IMG/VR virus record: IMGVR_UViG_3300014208_000038
Origin: a virus
Lineage: Duplodnaviria; Heunggongvirae; Uroviricota; Caudoviricetes
DNA: 11,414 nt
Direction: 5' to 3' (one strand)
Made by a program: the position numbers and the translations under genes. The stretch's first letter is position 1, and each line of letters opens with the position of its first letter. The notes beneath the pieces were generated by a model. It had not been told where the DNA came from. It worked only from the letters and a program-made list of their open reading frames with translations, and did no database searches. Positions 7,454-11,414 of this stretch are shown piece after piece.

Positions 7454-8012
7454 AGGATTCTATTTCATTATATTCTTTAATTACTTCTTGATTTTTGGGG
7501 TCTTCCTTTGGATCTTTTTTTTTATCCTCTTCTTCTTTGGGTGCTTCTGTTTGAGGATTTAAAATACCCATCATTCGAAGAGTAAGTAAGAAAATAACTA
7601 TTTTTGAGGCACCAGAACCAAGAGCATCAATATCAAATTCATATGGAGTAATAAGTTTTTGAACTAATAAAACTTCATTATCAATTTTTGGATTAAAACT
7701 AGAAAACCTTTCTTGATAATCTTGGATTTCTTCAGCATCATCTTTTACAATTAATTTATAACTATAATCATCTGGATGTCTAATTGTTTCTATAAGTACT
7801 TTTTCTACAATAGACATAAATTTATCTAAATTTTCTTTTTCTTTTAGATTACTCAATAATCCTACTGAGTTTTGAATATCTCTCCCCATTTCTATCATAA
7901 ATCTTTCGTTTAGCTTCATCAATATAATATTTAATCCATTTTTATTTAGAATTATGCTTTCATATTGAGTCATTCCAGCCAATTTTCTTAACGTCTTTTG
8001 AAAACCACTCAT
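7410..8012 (-). CDS. Putative tail assembly chaperone (gpG-like), 200 aa
   Basis: Lies downstream of the tail-tube-like gene; acidic/charged, size typical; overlapping downstream frame gives G/GT architecture; GAGGT RBS. Family is inferred from context. Confidence 0.68.
   Translation of the reverse strand: MSGFQKTLRKLAGMTQYESIILNKNGLNIILMKLNERFMIEMGRDIQNSVGLLSNLKEKENLDKFMSIVEKVLIETIRHPDDYSYKLIVKDDAEEIQDYQERFSSFNPKIDNEVLLVQKLITPYEFDIDALGSGASKIVIFLLTLRMMGILNPQTEAPKEEEDKKKDPKEDPKNQEVIKEYNEIESFPLDNKNSEEISNS
7448..7457 (-). other. Putative +1 programmed ribosomal frameshift site TCC TTT CCT C
   Basis: In-frame UUU (Phe187, 7452-7454) followed by C allows tRNA-Phe to re-pair on UUC (7451-7453). 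It lies in the only window (7459-7413) where the two frames overlap. Confidence 0.6.
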
Positions 8013-8175
8013 TATTTAATCACAACCTCTTATAAATTTCGACTTGAATTATAATAGATCATTTTAGTATTTAAATGTTTCTATAGAATCATTAATATTT
8101 TATATTATGGAGCAATAAGTTTATATTCTAAAATGAATTACATACAAAATACAATTTAAAATGGGGAAGGTAAAT
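8013..8175. promoter_or_regulatory. AT-rich divergent intergenic region with RBS and TATA-like boxes
   Basis: - strand: TATTATAA (8049-8056), CGAAATTTATAAG (8029-8041), GAGGTTGTG RBS (8021-8029). + strand: TTTATATT boxes near 8099-8106 and 8121-8128. In sequence this AT-rich such boxes are weak evidence. Confidence 0.4.
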
Positions 8176-8307
8176 ATGAAATTAATTAATTTAGATGAAG
8201 TGCATATAAATGCATTTGTAGACAGCCTTAGCGATAATGATATAGTGCGAATAGTCGGGAATGACGCAAATAGGGCACCCATCACACCATTCAACCCGAT
8301 TCGCTAA
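8176..8307 (+). CDS. Small ORF, 43 aa, MKLINLDEVHINAFVDSLSDNDIVRIVGNDANRAPITPFNPIR (alternative in-frame ATG at 8161)
   Basis: Manually translated; GGAAGGT upstream of ATG 8176; TAA at 8305-8307 is one nucleotide before the next ATG. Its 3' half runs through the structured GC-rich element. Confidence 0.45.
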   Translation: MKLINLDEVHINAFVDSLSDNDIVRIVGNDANRAPITPFNPIR

Positions 8308-8308
8308 G
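8227..8308. other. GC-rich structured element: 8-bp terminal inverted repeat CTTAGCGA/TCGCTAAG enclosing a doubly bulged hairpin (8247-8304)
   Basis: Hand count 42/88 G+C (48%) for 8221-8308 versus 8/60 (13%) for 8311-8370. Pairings GCGAAT/ATTCGC, CGGG/CCCG and AATG/CATT with 3-nt bulges on opposite strands. Confidence 0.6.
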
Positions 8309-8521
8309 ATGAATTTTTATAATAAAGGAATTTTTCAAAAAAGTTTTGTAATTTTATTAGAAAAAATAGACGAAATAAGAAATAGCATACTTCTTCTAGA
8401 TGTATTAGAAAAATATAATAAAATTACAAAAGAAGAATTACTAGAAGATATTAAAAAAGGATTAAAAAAAATAGTTAAAGTTAGATCACAAAGATCTAAC
8501 TATGCACCACAAGTCAGATGA
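8309..8521 (+). CDS. Hypothetical helical protein, 70 aa (start moved from 8261 to 8309), antisense to the structural operon
   Basis: K/E/L/I-rich amphipathic sequence typical of real genes here; TAA-G-ATG junction with the upstream small ORF; 3' end overlaps the tail-tube gene end by 22 nt. Confidence 0.58.
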   Translation: MNFYNKGIFQKSFVILLEKIDEIRNSILLLDVLEKYNKITKEELLEDIKKGLKKIVKVRSQRSNYAPQVR

Positions 8522-10329
8522 GATGCAGTTGCATCAAAGATTATAACTTGGAGAGGAGCCCAGTTATAATCCCCATCTTCATCTGTCAAATTAACTGCCT
8601 CTAAGGTAACAGGTTGCGCATATCCATCAGCATTTCTTGATAAAGTTGCTTTATCAATAGTACCCATGCAACCCAATGCCAGTAAATGAGGATAACCAGT
8701 AACTGCATCTTCCCCACTTTCAAGAAGCATAAATAGTCTCTTTGTTATTTTTGCTCCAGGAGTGGGAGTAGATACAGATGCTCCACCCCAACTTTCTCTC
8801 ATGAGTTCGTTGGATCTCCATTGGACTTCCAAAGTTCCTGTAGCACCCCAACCATTTGGTTGAAGCCACGTTGGGAAATGCTGATCAACAGTCATTCCTT
8901 TATCAATGGCAATATCAAATGTTATGCCAAAAGTGGCATTCAGCACATAAGAGGCTGCTGGGGCAGTTAGAGAGCCATCAAGTTCTAAAGTTCTACTACC
9001 AGCACCATAAGGTGCTCTTGTGGTCAATCCCGCAGGAAAAGCTGGTCGTGTGGTTGGATAAGCTAAAGTTCTCCCAACTAAGGTGGTTTGGTAGGTATAA
9101 TCAGTATTATTTGCATTTATAGTAAGATCTTTGATGTGCATACCATTTCCAACCATAGCCAGGTCGCCAGCATGTTTAACATAGTAGGATAAGGATAACT
9201 GGTCAAATATCTTTTGTGTAGCCTTATATGTTAAAGTATCTGTTTCATCAAATGTAGCAATATCTCCGCCCCAGGTCATTGTTGTATCGGTAGATTCATT
9301 ATATCTATAGACTTTACAAGCATTATACAGATTAGCATTATTAACTGTGCAATCTGCTACCGCAGCACCAGGAGAAACATTGTCATCAGTCAAAACATCA
9401 GCATCTGCTATTGGAGTAGCTGTAGCGGCTACTGTAGAATATATCCATCCAGTTGTACCATCATCTACCAGGGCAACTATAGTACCTATTACTCTAGGAT
9501 CGCCAGCACCAGTTTGAGCACTTAAATCGTCTCCAACATGGAAGGTTCCTGTCTCTGTTTTATATTTAACAGCCATAATTGCTTCCCCTAACCATCCCTC
9601 AAGAGGAACGGGACAGGTGGCAGCATCTTTAAGAACTACCTTTACTCTTCTTCTACCAGAAGTAGTTTGTAATTTTCTAAAATCAACAGAGGCATCGGTA
9701 ATACAAGCAAATGTAGCAACTGTGCTGGCTGCAACAAGACCTTTATTTTGCTGATATTTAACAGCATCCATTCTGTGTGCATAATATCCAGCTACAGCAG
9801 CACTAGCAGCAGAAGCAGTTGCTGTAGAATCTGTAGCAGCAGGAGTATCAAAATAAATTTTTTCATTTTGGGTAAAAGTACCTTGCACATCTACAAGCCA
9901 AAGAGTATCAGGGGTTGTAGAAAAATCAACATGAATAACTTCTGCTCTTGCTTTAGAAGAAAAACCGAAGATTAAATCGTTTCTCTTAAATACTGTTCCA
10001 TCAGATACAGTTAATGCATGAACCAAACTAGACATCCAAGGAACACCAAGAGCAGCCCTAAACATCGCTGGAAGGCCATTACCTGGAGCAAGCAATAATC
10101 CTTGTCCATCTCCTTCAGTATGGAATCTGATTAAATCCCTGCCTCTAGGATGTTTTTCATTAAAAGCATGTCTTTCGAATTTTTGGTCCTCTATAATTTC
10201 TAGATTGGGAGTATTCCCTTTTAACATAAATAAAGATAAATCGGGGCTAATTGGAGAAGTGCCTTCTGTAGCTTCAGTTGCTACTCCAACATCTCCTTCA
10301 ATAGCTTCCATTGAAAATGTTTCGGACAT
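8500..10329 (-). CDS. Putative major tail tube protein with large internal beta-domain insertions, 609 aa
   Basis: N-terminus (GDVGVATEATEGT...LAPGNGLPAMFRAALG) and C-terminal ~235 aa (GMHIKDLTINA, APYGAG...LELDG, NATFGITFD, ATGTLEVQW, QPVTLEAV) follow the tail-tube pattern; GAGGTG RBS; followed by a chaperone-like gene. Confidence 0.78.
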   Translation of the reverse strand: MSETFSMEAIEGDVGVATEATEGTSPISPDLSLFMLKGNTPNLEIIEDQKFERHAFNEKHPRGRDLIRFHTEGDGQGLLLAPGNGLPAMFRAALGVPWMSSLVHALTVSDGTVFKRNDLIFGFSSKARAEVIHVDFSTTPDTLWLVDVQGTFTQNEKIYFDTPAATDSTATASAASAAVAGYYAHRMDAVKYQQNKGLVAASTVATFACITDASVDFRKLQTTSGRRRVKVVLKDAATCPVPLEGWLGEAIMAVKYKTETGTFHVGDDLSAQTGAGDPRVIGTIVALVDDGTTGWIYSTVAATATPIADADVLTDDNVSPGAAVADCTVNNANLYNACKVYRYNESTDTTMTWGGDIATFDETDTLTYKATQKIFDQLSLSYYVKHAGDLAMVGNGMHIKDLTINANNTDYTYQTTLVGRTLAYPTTRPAFPAGLTTRAPYGAGSRTLELDGSLTAPAASYVLNATFGITFDIAIDKGMTVDQHFPTWLQPNGWGATGTLEVQWRSNELMRESWGGASVSTPTPGAKITKRLFMLLESGEDAVTGYPHLLALGCMGTIDKATLSRNADGYAQPVTLEAVNLTDEDGDYNWAPLQVIIFDATASHLTCGA

Positions 10330-10363
10330 TTTGTTTTACACCTCATTAATATAGTAAATTTAA

Positions 10364-10744
10364 TTATTCATAATATATATAAATATCAAAATGTTTGGAT
10401 GCTGCTCCACCAGATACAGCAGCATTTATTGCGCCATTACAAACATAATTTCTATAAACATCTGTGGAACCTATAATTTTGGAACCTACAATGCGTATAG
10501 CATCTCCAGTATTAACATTGTAAGAATCAATTTGTGGGGTTATAGTAGGATTTTTCATTGTTAAAACAACAGTTGTTCCAGCATTAATAGAATCTTTATA
10601 ATAAATTATTTGCAAGATTCTCCCAATAATAATTCCACTATCAACTGAGGCAGCACCAGTTCCATCTGTAGTGACTGATATCTTTTCTATCATTAAACTA
10701 TTTCTTGTTTTAATTCCAGGAGAACCTTTTGATTCATTTGACAT
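10364..10744 (-). CDS. Small beta-rich virion-type protein, 126 aa
   Basis: GAGGT RBS; T/G/V/I-rich alternating strands (ISVTTDGTGAASV, GRILQIIYY, HFDIYIYYE); structural-gene context. Confidence 0.75.
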   Translation of the reverse strand: MSNESKGSPGIKTRNSLMIEKISVTTDGTGAASVDSGIIIGRILQIIYYKDSINAGTTVVLTMKNPTITPQIDSYNVNTGDAIRIVGSKIIGSTDVYRNYVCNGAINAAVSGGAASKHFDIYIYYE

Positions 10745-10769
10745 ATTTTTATTACCTCAGTTTTTTTTA

Positions 10770-10799
10770 AATAAAAGTAAAGAGAATGTTGTTCTCCTT
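10770..10799 (-). terminator. Possible weak terminator/attenuator: AAGGAGAA-CAACA-TTCTCTTT followed by ACTTTTATTT
   Basis: 8-bp stem with one G-U pair immediately after the stop codon of the repeat gene, then a U-rich run; AU-rich and weak. Confidence 0.3.
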
Positions 10800-11414
10800 T
10801 AAGTCCAAGTTCCATAAGATCCTACAACACCATATCGAGTACCATCACTTATGAGAGTAAGCCCTGCCGGAGTTGTAGTTGCTAGAGATGCAGCAGTACC
10901 AATTGTATCTCCACCCGTAGCAGTTATAGTAATATTATATGTTCCTGGATCGGCTATAGTTGTAATCATATACGTTCTACCAGTTACAGTAGCAGCATCA
11001 GGAAGAATTAAAGCTTTACTAGCTCCAGAAGCATCTATTGGATATATGACGTTTGTATTAATAGAAGTTAAAGTTGTATTTATAGTTAAGGTAGCATTTA
11101 CAGAAGAAATTACATTTCCAGTTACATCACCAGTAAGATCTCCAGTTACATTTCCAGTTACATCACCAGTAAGATCTCCAGTTACATTTCCAGTTACATC
11201 ACCAGTAAGATCTCCAGTTACATTTCCAGTTACATCACCAGTAAGATCCCCAGTTACATTTCCAGTTACATCACCAGTAAGATCCCCAGTTACATTTCCA
11301 GTTACATCACCAGTAAGATCTCCAGTCACATTTCCAGTTACATCACCAGTAAGATCTCCAGTCACATTTCCAGTTACATCACCAGTAAGATCTCCAGTCA
11401 CATTTCCAGTTACA
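10799..11414 (-). CDS. Fibre/spike-like structural protein with TG[DN][VL] repeats; 5'-partial (frame open past the window edge)
   Basis: The track start at 11401 is a GTG (Val) inside the repeat. C-terminal 103-aa domain has the LILPDAA..TGRTY.I......NITI...GGDTI...LTLISDG pattern common in phage structural proteins. Confidence 0.85.
   Translation of the reverse strand, partial: VTGNVTGDLTGDVTGNVTGDLTGDVTGNVTGDLTGDVTGNVTGDLTGDVTGNVTGDLTGDVTGNVTGDLTGDVTGNVTGDLTGDVTGNVTGDLTGDVTGNVISSVNATLTINTTLTSINTNVIYPIDASGASKALILPDAATVTGRTYMITTIADPGTYNITITATGGDTIGTAASLATTTPAGLTLISDGTRYGVVGSYGTWT
11111..11414 (-). repeat. 36-bp coding tandem repeat (TGDL-TGDV-TGNV), 8 full copies plus a partial ninth cut by the window edge
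   Basis: Units start every 36 nt from 11111; + strand consensus TACATTTCCAGTTACATCACCAGTAAGATCTCCAGT; only two synonymous variant positions. Confidence 0.98.

Larger units (their letters stand above)
1..11414. mobile_element. Segment of a tailed dsDNA virus/provirus genome (accessory module plus head-packaging and tail genes)
   Basis: Terminase large subunit motifs, portal-like, tail-tube-like, chaperone-like and fibre-like ORFs co-oriented on the - strand; dense small ORFs on the + strand; no cellular housekeeping genes. No integrase or att site in the window, so free virus versus provirus cannot be decided. Confidence 0.9.

Noticed and set aside
7510-7527. A-run GAT AAA AAA AAA GAT as a classical -1 slippery site for G/GT
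   Set aside because: The -1 frame meets TAA about 12 codons later, and the T frame is blocked by TAG at 7460-7462, so a shift here cannot reach the downstream ORF.
8245-8278. GCGAA...GGAA...GACGCAAA resembling a c-di-GMP-I riboswitch
   Set aside because: The stem between the motifs is too short and uses the GAC that should be unpaired; no second stem fits the consensus.
8227-8308. tRNA gene or hammerhead-type ribozyme in the GC island
   Set aside because: No cloverleaf, T-loop (GTTCRA) or CUGAUGA/GAAA core on either strand.
8261-8308. Track start at 8261 for the 86-aa ORF
   Set aside because: The extra 16 codons lie in the structured island, differ in composition and have no RBS; 8309 fits a stop-start junction better.
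8856-9122. 88-aa + strand ORF
   Set aside because: Antisense shadow of the tail tube gene.
9748-9975. 75-aa + strand ORF
   Set aside because: Ser/Cys-rich antisense shadow of Ala/Thr-rich tube codons.
11399-11401. Track start codon of the 200-aa ORF
   Set aside because: It is a GTG valine codon inside the repeat; the frame continues beyond the window edge.
11111-11414. 36-bp repeats as a CRISPR array or DGR template
   Set aside because: Units are contiguous with no spacers, keep one reading frame and differ only at synonymous sites; no cas or reverse transcriptase gene in the window.

Overview
AT-rich (roughly 30% GC) segment of a tailed dsDNA virus or provirus (Caudoviricetes-like). The host is unknown; several signals are compatible with an archaeal host but none proves it. 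The + strand (60-2872) carries a tightly packed accessory module: four hypothetical ORFs, a DHH/DHHA1 phosphoesterase and a NADAR-family protein. It converges on a - strand morphogenesis module. In transcription order this module is: a TG[DN][VL]-repeat fibre-like protein (5'-truncated by the window), a 126-aa beta-rich structural protein, a 609-aa tail-tube-like protein with large internal insertions, a tail-assembly-chaperone-like G/GT pair, the terminase large subunit, two small ORFs (RHH-like; helical TerS candidate), a portal-like protein and two tiny ORFs missed by the ORF track. Highlights: (1) a likely +1 programmed frameshift at UCC_UUU_C(CU) joining the chaperone ORF to an upstream-extended, ATG-less frame; (2) a 45-aa basic ORF that appears to start at ACG behind a ribosome-binding site identical to its neighbour's; (3) a GC-rich 82-nt island bounded by 8-bp inverted repeats, inside an antisense cassette, that folds into canonical bulge-helix-bulge geometry on the - strand; (4) an unusual gene order with terminase, not tape measure, directly after the chaperone. 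All family calls are from motif recognition by eye; no database searches were run.
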